DNA of 64,000 nt from a virus. The stretch spans positions 64,001 through 128,000 of IMG/VR virus record IMGVR_UViG_3300050821_018577, one strand, 5' to 3'. This document shows positions 56,401 to 64,000 of this stretch, piece after piece (the stretch's first letter is position 1; every line of letters begins with the position of its first letter). Both the position numbers and the translations under genes were made by a program. Under the pieces are notes generated by a model that was given only the letters and a program-made list of their open reading frames with translations, searched no databases and had not been told where the DNA came from.

Positions 56401-57360
56401 AGCACAACGGTGGCCCAAGCCATTGCTTCCATCCTGGTGAAACGTGGCGCTGCCGGCGTCAACCAATTTCAATTCACCGTCAAGCAAGAATGGCTTGGCC
56501 TCGAGGCCATGGACCTGGTAACGATTACCGATAGTCGTCTTGGAATATCACAATTGCCCGTCAGATTACTTAGCGTCAAAGAAACGCCGAAGCGCACCCT
56601 GAAATGCGTTGCTGACCAATTCGTCTATGGCTTGAATCATCCGAGCGTGCTGCAAACTACCGCTCAAACAGGAACCATTATCGTCTCCAATGTGGATCCA
56701 GGTTTGGTCAATACGCCCATCATTTTCCAGCCCACGGCAGCGATGCTTGGTCCAGGCGCTGCTCCAGAATTGTGGTTTCTGGTTTCCGGCGCTGACACAA
56801 ACTATGGCGGCTGTATAGCGAATCTGTCATTGGACGGTGGTGTGAGTTATCCAACCGTTCTCGGAACGATTGGCCCCGCCACGACTGGTGTGCTGACAGC
56901 GAATTTTGCGGACCACGTTGACCCTGACACAACCAATACATTGGCTATTGACCTGACAGAATCCGGAGGGGCGCTCTCCACGCAATCACAGCCAGTCGCG
57001 GATAGTTTTGGCGACCCTTGCTATCTTGCGGGATCTGACGTCTACCATTGGGAAGTGATTTGCTATACCGCTGTGACCCTCACGAGTGCGGAACATTATT
57101 CTCTGGCAACCTACATACGCCGCGGTGTCTTGGGAACTGCGCACACCGCACATACCACGGCGCAACGATTTGCGGCAATCGATGGAGCGCTGTTCCGAGT
57201 TTCCATGCCGTCGACGTGGGTTGGTCTCACGCTATATTTCAAATTTCAGGCATACAACAAACTGGGCGGCCAAATAAATTCGCTGGCCAATTGCACTGCG
57301 TATACATTCACTCCGTTGGCAGCCTATCTGCCCGGCGGGTTTTATGTGAACGGGAGCTAA
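53437..57360 (+). CDS. tail tip / host-specificity (J-like, Phage-tail_3) protein
   Basis: GIQVSNSVYG..V.LLYG, LG....MPNLN.E, LEAMDLVTITD..LG, RRGVLGT, YFKFQAYN. Confidence 0.9.
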   Translation: MIKAGTPGASLASQYHGIQVSNSVYGKTVKLLYGLTQAAPDLIWYNDWKTGSSPSNQLLASLLQGGGKKSSKGSKKGSVKYYSAAVDLLIGHAPILGVFSAWYNNQKLAVVINSASGLISGGSFTFVPANQPSQIVVGFTVGGSPYQVTEPNFVADRRVRDATLGDNFYLGRANPSGLPGPNQYTVTSGGLYTFNAVQSGHSLRITYFTSASGSPSTLVGILAVSIHEDFTAAFNDYGAPGSITQYGTWERPLWNAAFAVPGRIDLGAPHARDPYTWAWDGVTPAVTLPTALNGKAITVYYGTPVILRSDGTLFSATHTPLNVLNLQFEQILGSGSEYTNFIAQQILQNWAAGAGSVRFDLGVSNSMPNLNLECIGAFTQWPNGDCDVVDMIADIVASGPLFLTPSGGNSDLDHATTKTGAGLSQAGGVLPTVVDAPSGTPELEVMVTTTSQGQPQSPGTFFALTQVVGATRVYSFSSFVGPAPVAGQTVSIANFANAANNGLFTITVVTGNSSGGTFTVGSGSQVNETTAAQGYSPDATAFVLTQVVGSTKTYSFSSYTGSVPVGVGQYVTITGFTNTANNGFFPITAFTGTSTGGTFTVGSGSQVNETHAATASTGWQEVTSLPIWYQLLNSTAPVSVVQPYSSSLGFPTANVNFAQVLAWFGATGGNPIWTQHSSRTGSNSASYTLGPFTPTAGETLLLMFRLRDLGFGLFTSPCVYSVTDDQGNLWNLIANVSTVAGGGSNPGAQTMLFMCQGPALVSTTVTCQQTSGPTAGNVSDINYLFGITNFASATVTPIGHGVNCNTYGAVQSSAGSTTSPGNGLLLTGLEQVRAWCRANGISGALTQDAQRSAKDMVDELLTVANAAPVYSGATLNTIPYDEVSNAGGGLVYTASTAAGPVANLADQDFENDDGKTPPVSFLRKRRADCDNVVSIEFLDRSLDYSKNTISEVDQKAVTLYGPRKGGTLSAAELGVNVPSGSKSLSSIRSTTVAQAIASILVKRGAAGVNQFQFTVKQEWLGLEAMDLVTITDSRLGISQLPVRLLSVKETPKRTLKCVADQFVYGLNHPSVLQTTAQTGTIIVSNVDPGLVNTPIIFQPTAAMLGPGAAPELWFLVSGADTNYGGCIANLSLDGGVSYPTVLGTIGPATTGVLTANFADHVDPDTTNTLAIDLTESGGALSTQSQPVADSFGDPCYLAGSDVYHWEVICYTAVTLTSAEHYSLATYIRRGVLGTAHTAHTTAQRFAAIDGALFRVSMPSTWVGLTLYFKFQAYNKLGGQINSLANCTAYTFTPLAAYLPGGFYVNGS

Positions 57361-57363
57361 AGC

Positions 57364-58605
57364 GTGCCGATTACCGGAACAACATCAACAGAAGCGAATT
57401 TGAATGATACGACGCCGGCCGCACCAGCACTAGCGACAAACGTGAAATGGCAGGCAAGCGCGCCATACCCCGACCCCAACAATGCCGCTTTTCAAGTAAG
57501 GGACATCAGCGCCTACATTATCGGTTTTTTCGCATGGGGCGGAGATGCTTCGGACGGTTCCGTCACTTTTGACGGCACGACCACTATCCTTGGATTGGTT
57601 CCATCCAGCAGCGTGTACACGATGACCCGGGATATTTTCTGTGTGAATATCACCGTCAATTCCGGCGTCACTATCAAGACGGGGAATTATGCGATTTTTG
57701 CCACTGGCATTGTGACCGTGAATGGCACGGTGATGAATGATGGCCAAGCCGGAGGCGTTGGTGGTGCCGGTGGACCAGGAGGAAGCGGATCGGGTGCCGG
57801 AGGCAGCGCCGGAAGCGCAGGCGCCACAAGCTCCACCGGGTCCGATGGCCATTTTACGCGTCCTACCTCAGCAGTAGCTGGTGGAGTAGGCGGCGCTGGC
57901 CAAACAACCATAGGCTCGCAAGCGCCAGGCGCTACAGCCGGCAATGGCCCTAGTTCCGGGAATGCTTTAGACAATTTGGGATCCTCCGGTACGACCGGCG
58001 CGTCTGGTGGCGCTGGCGGAGCTGGCGCGTCAGGAGCCGGTGGAGCTCTCCAAACAGGTGGAGCCGGAGGAGCTACGTCGACGAGCGCGCAAGCTGGCAG
58101 AAATCCATCCTCGGCTGTGCGGGGCGCCAGTTCAACCAATGGTACCCTCAAACCATATCAACCATCGAATGGCTGCGATGGAGGGTCTGCTGGCGGTTCT
58201 GGCGGCGGCGGCGATGGAACAAACTTGGGCGGCGGCGGAGGTGGCGGCGGGGGAGAAGGTGGCACTGGAGGGTTGCTGTTGATTGCCGCGCAATTTATCG
58301 TTGTCGGCGCGACCGGAGTAATTTCGTCGAAAGGCGGCGCCGGCGGGAATGGGGGTGCCGGTGGGTCTCCGCTGCAAGGCAATACCGGTGGTGGTGGCGG
58401 CGGAGCAGGCGGAAGCGGCGGTACCGGAGGCATCGTGTGGTTGATTTATCACACGTTGACCAACGGTGGGTCCATCACAGTTGCTGGCGGTGCGGCCGGA
58501 ACGCATGGCGCAGGAGGCACGAAAAATGGAACCGGAGTGAACGGGAATAATGGATCCGATGGTCCGGCTGGAACGACCGGAAATTTAGTTCAACTTGTAT
58601 GTTAG
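57364..58605 (+). CDS. glycine-rich tail fibre protein
   Basis: FAWGGDASDGSVT...; extended GGxGG runs. Confidence 0.85.
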   Translation: MPITGTTSTEANLNDTTPAAPALATNVKWQASAPYPDPNNAAFQVRDISAYIIGFFAWGGDASDGSVTFDGTTTILGLVPSSSVYTMTRDIFCVNITVNSGVTIKTGNYAIFATGIVTVNGTVMNDGQAGGVGGAGGPGGSGSGAGGSAGSAGATSSTGSDGHFTRPTSAVAGGVGGAGQTTIGSQAPGATAGNGPSSGNALDNLGSSGTTGASGGAGGAGASGAGGALQTGGAGGATSTSAQAGRNPSSAVRGASSTNGTLKPYQPSNGCDGGSAGGSGGGGDGTNLGGGGGGGGGEGGTGGLLLIAAQFIVVGATGVISSKGGAGGNGGAGGSPLQGNTGGGGGGAGGSGGTGGIVWLIYHTLTNGGSITVAGGAAGTHGAGGTKNGTGVNGNNGSDGPAGTTGNLVQLVC

Positions 58606-58650
58606 CTTCTATATGGAAACTTTTTATGGAAGAATCGACTAGAGTGAAAC

Positions 58651-59211
58651 ATGAGCGTGGATGCGATTTCTCAATCAAGAGCGGACCAGCTGCATCCGGT
58701 AGCCCGTGCGCGTATTCTGGCAACGATCGAGGATTGCGCGGCGGCGGGCATTTACCTGCGGCTAACCCAAGGCCTACGTACTCAGAACGAACAGCACACT
58801 CTCTACATTCAGGGACGACAGCCGCTCGATGTCGTGAATGAGGCCAGGGCAGCAGTCGGATGGGCCTCCATCACCGAGGACCAGAATCGCGAAGTGACCA
58901 ACGCCGACTTTTTTCAGTCCATGCACTGCTACGGTCTCGCCGGTGACGTCGACCCATCCGAAGGCACGACCATGGCGCCATTCAATCCCGATTGGGACGT
59001 GCAAGACGCAGAGTGGCAGAAAGTGCTCGCAATCGCGGCATCCCACCAACTCGCCGAAGGCGCCAAATGGACTTCCGTGAAGCGCGACTATCCACACCTC
59101 TATCCACATGAGTTGGATGCGAATCCAACACAGGAAATGCAGCAGACTCTCAAGGATGCCGGGCTCGACGCCGTATGGGCTGAATTGGATACGGTGCTGC
59201 CGCGCCCGTAA
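58651..59211 (+). CDS. endolysin, M15 (L-Ala-D-Glu peptidase-like) family
   Basis: TQGLRT..EQ..LY.QGR, SMHCYGLAGD, DYPH. Confidence 0.88.
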   Translation: MSVDAISQSRADQLHPVARARILATIEDCAAAGIYLRLTQGLRTQNEQHTLYIQGRQPLDVVNEARAAVGWASITEDQNREVTNADFFQSMHCYGLAGDVDPSEGTTMAPFNPDWDVQDAEWQKVLAIAASHQLAEGAKWTSVKRDYPHLYPHELDANPTQEMQQTLKDAGLDAVWAELDTVLPRP

Positions 59212-59229
59212 AATAGCAAATTATTGTAG

Positions 59230-59258
59230 TTGACATGGATAAGGCACTGTCTTACAGT
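59230..59258 (+). promoter_or_regulatory. sigma70 promoter with inverted repeat over the -10
   Basis: TTGACA, 17 nt, TACAGT; ACTGT-CTT-ACAGT at 59246-59258. Confidence 0.65.
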
Positions 59259-59268
59259 TCTTCGCGCC

Positions 59269-59421
59269 ATGCCAAAACAGGATGAGACGATTACCTTCCG
59301 GTGTGGAGCACAATTGAAAAAAGATTTGGAAAAAGAGGCCGAGCGCCAAGATTTGACGCTTACCCAACTTCTTCGCAGAATTATCCGCAAACATCTTGGA
59401 GCAAAAGACGGGAGAAACTAA
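59269..59421 (+). CDS. ribbon-helix-helix (CopG/Arc-like) regulator
   Basis: TITFRC..QLKKDLEKEAERQDLTLTQLLRRIIRKHL. Confidence 0.8.
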   Translation: MPKQDETITFRCGAQLKKDLEKEAERQDLTLTQLLRRIIRKHLGAKDGRN

Positions 59422-60522
59422 ATGGCGAATGAAACGACGGCGACCAAGAAGCAGGACGACCCCGTTGTCAGTATCATCCGGGTTGGCAAGCCCAATCTTG
59501 CGGCTCGGTTGCCGAAAGGGATTGACCCTGACCGTTTCATTCTCGGCATCCTCACGGCGATTCAAAAGAGTAAGGCCAATGCCCAGCCCGGCAAGAGCTT
59601 GGCGGATTGCGACCCGAACAGTGTGTTGCTAGCCGCTTACGATGCCGCCGAAATCGGTTGCAGCCTAAGTCCTGCCCTCCAACTTGGATGGATCATTCCT
59701 TACGGCAAGGAAGCACAATTCCAGCCGTCCTACCGGTTCTTTATCCAGAAGGCTTACGAAACGAAAGAAGTGAAAACGTTCTACGCCGAAGTGGTTTATG
59801 CTGGCGACAAGATTGAGCGCCAATTCGCGCCCAAGAGGAATCTGTTTCATGCGATAGGTGACGGCGAACGTTCCAAGAACACAGCGATTGGCGCTTATGC
59901 CTTCATTCAATTCAATGACGATACTGTCGATTGGGAATATATGACCGCCGAGCAGATTGGTCGGCATCAAAAACATTCCAAACAGCCAAATAGTTTGATG
60001 TGGACCACCTTCTGGGAAGAGGCTTGGCGGAAGACTACTGTGCGCGTATTGGCAAAACGTTTACCGCTCAAGAATCGCGACCTTGAAGGATTGGTCGAAA
60101 TGGTCAATCGAGACGCCGAGCGCGACCTGACTATCGATATCGACAAAATCGTTGAACCATCCATCCCGCGCCGGATGTCGGAAACAGAGAAGCCGGCAGA
60201 AAAAACGGCTGCGGCCGAGTCCAACCAGCCAGTCGACGAAAAACCCAAAGAGGATCAAGGCAAGACCGCAGAGGCTGCCGCCGCACCTGCGTCTGCAGCC
60301 GGCGCACCCGCAGCTGGCTCTATGTTCGATGACGACAAAGACCCTTACGCGACGCCAGCGGCAATTTCCGAATTTTGGGATAAGGTGTTTGCCGCCAACT
60401 GGAAGAAAAACGATGTGATGGAATTTCTCAAGAAAACCTTCGACGTGACGGCGGTGAAAGACCTGCGAGTATCTCAACTTAACAGCGCCGCAGAGGCTAT
60501 GGTCAAAGAGAAGAAGAAGTAG
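59422..60522 (+). CDS. recT: RecT-family single-strand annealing protein
   Basis: PDRF..., SLADCDPNSVL, IIPYGKEAQFQPSY, W...WEEAWRKT.VR.LAK.LP. Confidence 0.92.
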   Translation: MANETTATKKQDDPVVSIIRVGKPNLAARLPKGIDPDRFILGILTAIQKSKANAQPGKSLADCDPNSVLLAAYDAAEIGCSLSPALQLGWIIPYGKEAQFQPSYRFFIQKAYETKEVKTFYAEVVYAGDKIERQFAPKRNLFHAIGDGERSKNTAIGAYAFIQFNDDTVDWEYMTAEQIGRHQKHSKQPNSLMWTTFWEEAWRKTTVRVLAKRLPLKNRDLEGLVEMVNRDAERDLTIDIDKIVEPSIPRRMSETEKPAEKTAAAESNQPVDEKPKEDQGKTAEAAAAPASAAGAPAAGSMFDDDKDPYATPAAISEFWDKVFAANWKKNDVMEFLKKTFDVTAVKDLRVSQLNSAAEAMVKEKKK

Positions 60523-61190
60523 TGCTCCCGCGCGGTTGCAGCTTCGTTGAGTCGACGCACGCGTACACGATGGAAGGCCGCTCCGTCCCGTCGTGCACAA
60601 GAATTTTAGACCATGCCGGACTCGTTTCCTACGACATGGTTAGAAAAGATATTTTGGAGAGGAAGTCCACCATCGGAACCCTAGTTCATCAGGCGACGCA
60701 TTATTACGACGATGGGGATTTGGATTGGTCTTCTTTCAAGGAAGATAATCCGGCCGACCAGGAGACCAAAGGCCGCGTCGAGGCCTGGGCCAACTTCCGC
60801 TCCGATACCGGTTTCGTTCCACGGCTTAAAGAAGAACGCTACATGGCCATGCTCAACGGCATGACATACGGATTGACGGTCGACCGCGAAGGTTTGATGC
60901 ATGGACAGGAAGCCATCATCGAAATCAAGAACGCGGCAACAAAAGAGGACTGGTGGGCAATCCAGCTCGCCGGCTATGCGCTCGGCGTGCCGGATGTTGG
61001 TAAGACCGGCCGTTCGCCACGCGCGCTTTTCGCCCGTCGGCGCCGTATGGCCGTACAGCTTTTCCCGGACGGTCGTTATAAGAAATACGATTTCGTCGAC
61101 CCGCAGGATGCCGAAGTGTTCATCTCGACTCTTCACATCACCACCTGGAAATTAAACAAGGGCAGTGAATTGCGGAAGATAGAGGAATAA
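60522..61190 (+). CDS. PD-(D/E)XK exonuclease (RecT partner)
   Basis: VPSCTRIL, GTLVH, YGLTVDR..IIEIKN, QLAGYA. Confidence 0.8.
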   Translation: MLPRGCSFVESTHAYTMEGRSVPSCTRILDHAGLVSYDMVRKDILERKSTIGTLVHQATHYYDDGDLDWSSFKEDNPADQETKGRVEAWANFRSDTGFVPRLKEERYMAMLNGMTYGLTVDREGLMHGQEAIIEIKNAATKEDWWAIQLAGYALGVPDVGKTGRSPRALFARRRRMAVQLFPDGRYKKYDFVDPQDAEVFISTLHITTWKLNKGSELRKIEE

Positions 61191-61191
61191 C

Positions 61192-61890
61192 ATGGCCACC
61201 CAAATGCCAGTGGTAGTGCTCGACCGCAAGAAAATCGAAGAGATACAGACGAGCGTACCGCAATTATTGATACAGGCCCAAGAGCTCACGGTGGAGAACG
61301 TGGAGGATTTCGTGGCCGCTGGTAGCCTGTTGAATGTCATCGATGCGCGCAAAAAAAGCATATTCGAGTTTTTTGAGGAGCCGGCGAAACAGGCAAACAA
61401 CGTCCACAAATTCATTACCTCGCTGCGCACCACACTGGTCTCACCGCTGCTTAAAGCAGAAACACTTATGAAGGACCGGCGCCGCTACTTTCGCGCCGAA
61501 GAGGAGCGCAAGCGGCTGGAAAAAGAAGAAGCGGAACGCCAAGCCGCCAAAGCAGAACAGGAACAGAGAGCCTTGCAGCATGCTGCGGAGATGGAATCGA
61601 TCGGGGAACACGAAGCCGCCGATTTCATCATTGACCAAGCGGCGGCCGCGCCGCCGCCGCCCGTGGTTGTCCCGAGCACGATTCCGAAAGAGCAAGGCCA
61701 TTCCTTTCGCAAGGTCTGGAAATTCCGAGTCACCAATCCAGCCCTTCACAAAAAGGAGTTTTTGATTCTGGATGAATCCAAGGCGCAAGCTATCGTTTCT
61801 AAGCTCGGGCCGGATGCTGCGGCGATTGTCGGCGGGATCGAAGTTTACTCCGAAGAGCAGGAAATTGTGCGAGGGAGAAAGAATGGCTGA
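61192..61890 (+). CDS. coiled-coil protein typical of RecT/exonuclease modules
   Basis: Long charged helix; C-terminal WKFRVTNP..EFLILDE...GGIEVY. Confidence 0.7.
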   Translation: MATQMPVVVLDRKKIEEIQTSVPQLLIQAQELTVENVEDFVAAGSLLNVIDARKKSIFEFFEEPAKQANNVHKFITSLRTTLVSPLLKAETLMKDRRRYFRAEEERKRLEKEEAERQAAKAEQEQRALQHAAEMESIGEHEAADFIIDQAAAAPPPPVVVPSTIPKEQGHSFRKVWKFRVTNPALHKKEFLILDESKAQAIVSKLGPDAAAIVGGIEVYSEEQEIVRGRKNG

Positions 61891-62251
61891 GGAACGCTGT
61901 CCAGAATGCTTAGGCCATCGCGGGCTTCCTAGAATGCTCCACGACAGGGATGAGCCGCGGGAATGCGCCAATGAATTTCATAAGACGTTGGCGCCTGTCA
62001 TAGAAATGCCTTTGTCCGTGACAGAACCTACAACGGAGCCAGTGCCATCCGCGCAGCCGCCTGGCACCAAACCAATCTGCCCTTATTGTAGCTGCGAGGG
62101 TAAAGTTGTTGGTTCGATGACGACGCTTGGGTCGGCGGCAGCATCTTTCAAGGTCATGGCTGTTTATTGCGCCAGTTGCCACAAGTATCTAGGGTTCTTC
62201 CAGCCACTGAGTTTGGAAATGATGCCACCGCCAACACCGGGAGTACATTGA
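61883..62251 (+). CDS. zinc-binding hypothetical protein
   Basis: CPEC, CPYC and CASC motifs. Confidence 0.6.
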   Translation: MAEERCPECLGHRGLPRMLHDRDEPRECANEFHKTLAPVIEMPLSVTEPTTEPVPSAQPPGTKPICPYCSCEGKVVGSMTTLGSAAASFKVMAVYCASCHKYLGFFQPLSLEMMPPPTPGVH

Positions 62252-62913
62252 TGGCCGTAAAAGGTAAGACGTTTGATGGGCCGTTGGACCCTGTAGAAGA
62301 TTTCAACCAGCCGACAACTGTGCCGGGATCTCCTGCCTCGGAGCAGATAGGCAAATCGATTGAAGAACAAGCGCAGGACTTTGCGGACAAAGTCGCCGGC
62401 CCGCGTGAGCCGGAACAGCAAATGCTTCCAGGTGTCGAGTCGGTTCCCGACACTCCGCAATTCATTCGCAACAAGCAAATGTTCGCGGATTTTGTCGAGG
62501 CAGTCCTGGCGCGCGATAAGGATGATGGACCGCTCCTGAAACTCAAGTTTTCCTTTATGCTCACGCCGGAACATGAAGCCTATCTCCCGGGAGAAGTTGT
62601 CGGCGCATGGAGGATCGTGAAGATGGGAGGCTGTAAGCGATACGACATCATCGACATGCCGCCGCAGACTATCACTATCAACGAGGTTCCAGACGACGAG
62701 GAAGTAACGGACGTCAAAATCGTGAGCGCGGTAATTGAAAAGCCGTCGCTACAGTTCATCGAGGAATCTGGCAGCGGCAAGAATAAATCCGGTATTCGCT
62801 TCTCGTTTACGGCGGTCACCGGCCGCGATGATGACCCCATGGAATTTGCTATTCAGCACGATGGCGATGGCGTGTGGATCACGCTCGCAGCAACGGAGCC
62901 TAAACTTTTATGA
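62251..62913 (+). CDS. hypothetical acidic protein
   Basis: ATG 62251 overlaps the previous stop. Confidence 0.7.
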   Translation: MAVKGKTFDGPLDPVEDFNQPTTVPGSPASEQIGKSIEEQAQDFADKVAGPREPEQQMLPGVESVPDTPQFIRNKQMFADFVEAVLARDKDDGPLLKLKFSFMLTPEHEAYLPGEVVGAWRIVKMGGCKRYDIIDMPPQTITINEVPDDEEVTDVKIVSAVIEKPSLQFIEESGSGKNKSGIRFSFTAVTGRDDDPMEFAIQHDGDGVWITLAATEPKLL

Positions 62914-63074
62914 AGAGCGAGCCCAGTTTCGTAACAACTCACACCTGGACGTCGGCCTACAGGCTGGCGAAATGCGAATGCGGAAAGCAAACAACGGGCA
63001 TCCTGAAAAATTTGGCAACCGGAAAGAAGAGGCCGTTCTGCTCGGAGTGTGCTTTTAAAAAAGGGTTTCGATGA
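62910..63074 (+). CDS. small zinc-finger protein (54 aa, absent from the ORF track)
   Basis: MKSEPSF...KCECG...PFCSEC...; ATGA overlaps at both ends. Confidence 0.6.
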   Translation: MKSEPSFVTTHTWTSAYRLAKCECGKQTTGILKNLATGKKRPFCSECAFKKGFR

Positions 63075-63289
63075 AAAAGAAGCGTCGCAGATTTTCAGCC
63101 ATGCGGTTTCGCAAAAACGACCCGGGCCACAACGTCTTGGTTGCAGTGAATCGTTGGGTACGCGCCAACGGTGGAAATCTTGTCGTCATCGGCGGTATCG
63201 AAGTTCAGGATTGGGCCGAAGGATTAGGAAAATTCAAAGTTGCAATTCCGTGCTTGGGCAAGAAACCAGTCAAGAAGGAGGGAGAATGA
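63071..63289 (+). CDS. hypothetical basic protein
   Basis: ATGA overlaps. Confidence 0.65.
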   Translation: MKKKRRRFSAMRFRKNDPGHNVLVAVNRWVRANGGNLVVIGGIEVQDWAEGLGKFKVAIPCLGKKPVKKEGE

Positions 63290-63951
63290 AAATTGAACCA
63301 TATCCGTTGACCTGGCCCGAAGGTTGGCCACGAACACTGCTTCGGGACCGCCAGAAAAACGGCCAATGGAAAGACACGCTACTGCAAAGCCTCGATAAAC
63401 TCAGGAAGGAAATGGCAAAAATGAAGTCGTTGTCATTTGTAATTTCCTGCAACATCCCGCCGAGCGGTCCAGTAGTGGATGACGCTACCGGAAAACCATT
63501 GAACTACAAATTCCAGGACGTGCCCGCACCCGCGGATACCGGAGTCGCGGTGTGGTTTTCGCGCCAGCAAAAGGATGACTACTCCTGGCAAGAAACCCTG
63601 CACATCCCATCCCCGGCTCCGTCCGAGAAGGAAATATGGGATGCCTTCAAAAAATATGCCGCGCAGTACCACCCCGACAATCTACGCACTGGCGATGTCA
63701 ACATCTACATGCGCTACGACGAAGCAAAAAAAAGAGCGTTACGCTTCATCGCCCGCAAGACCGGAGCCGAGTTTCAGCAGTGCGTGGCAATCGATGTCTT
63801 TGAAGAAGTAAAGTGGAACCTGCGCGCCGTGCAGATGTCGCTCGGTTATATGCGCGGGTTAGAGAACTGCGGAGGAGCGGCGATCCTCGAGCGCGCCATG
63901 GAATCTTTTATCGCCATCCCGGAGAAAGCCAGTGCCACATCCACAACTTGA
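63286..63951 (+). CDS. phage J-domain protein
   Basis: YPLTWPEGWPRT N-terminus; WQETL..EKEIWDAFKKYAAQYHPD J-domain. Confidence 0.8.
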   Translation: MKIEPYPLTWPEGWPRTLLRDRQKNGQWKDTLLQSLDKLRKEMAKMKSLSFVISCNIPPSGPVVDDATGKPLNYKFQDVPAPADTGVAVWFSRQQKDDYSWQETLHIPSPAPSEKEIWDAFKKYAAQYHPDNLRTGDVNIYMRYDEAKKRALRFIARKTGAEFQQCVAIDVFEEVKWNLRAVQMSLGYMRGLENCGGAAILERAMESFIAIPEKASATSTT

Positions 63952-64000
63952 AGCTCCCAAAACTCAGCCATCGGTCGAGGAGGTGATTGAGGAGCGCGAT

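Noticed and set aside
57700-58580. Collagen-like repeat
   Set aside because: Glycines occur in runs, not a strict Gly-X-Y period.
1-64000. tRNA, rRNA, integrase/att site, stop-codon recoding
   Set aside because: No cloverleaf with a T-loop motif or recombinase motifs was spotted by eye (tRNAscan not run); TAG, TAA and TGA all end genes at sensible boundaries.

Overview
A 64-kb stretch of a tailed dsDNA phage or prophage (siphovirus-type, non-contractile tail). Essentially every credible gene is on the + strand. Gene order: putative small terminase; a regulatory region with small basic-protein cassettes; replication (initiator, loader, DnaB); about 6.5 kb of small accessory genes including a Tad1-like nucleotide sponge, ASCH and HD proteins; portal (with a LAGLIDADG intein and a C-terminal Acb1-like 2H phosphoesterase); ChaB-MuF; prohead protease; His-rich scaffold; major capsid; a ~9 kb glycan synthesis/methylation cluster; a ~10 kb block of fibre-like proteins that carry Sec/lipoprotein signal peptides; head-tail connectors; tail tube; frameshifted tail chaperone; tape measure; tail tip; M15 endolysin; RecT plus exonuclease; J-domain protein. 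No large terminase, integrase, tRNA, rRNA or CRISPR array was recognised. The most unusual system: eight fibre-like proteins with export signals, several Ser/Thr-rich or Cys-paired, encoded beside a private glycosyltransferase/methyltransferase cluster inside the morphogenesis operon. This suggests exported, possibly glycosylated, virion or cell-surface appendages. Second, the portal is fused to a predicted cyclic-nucleotide phosphodiesterase. An Acidobacteriota-like host is inferred from the ASH/choice-of-anchor D domain and signal-peptide style, not shown. All family calls are from motif recognition by eye; no database search was run.
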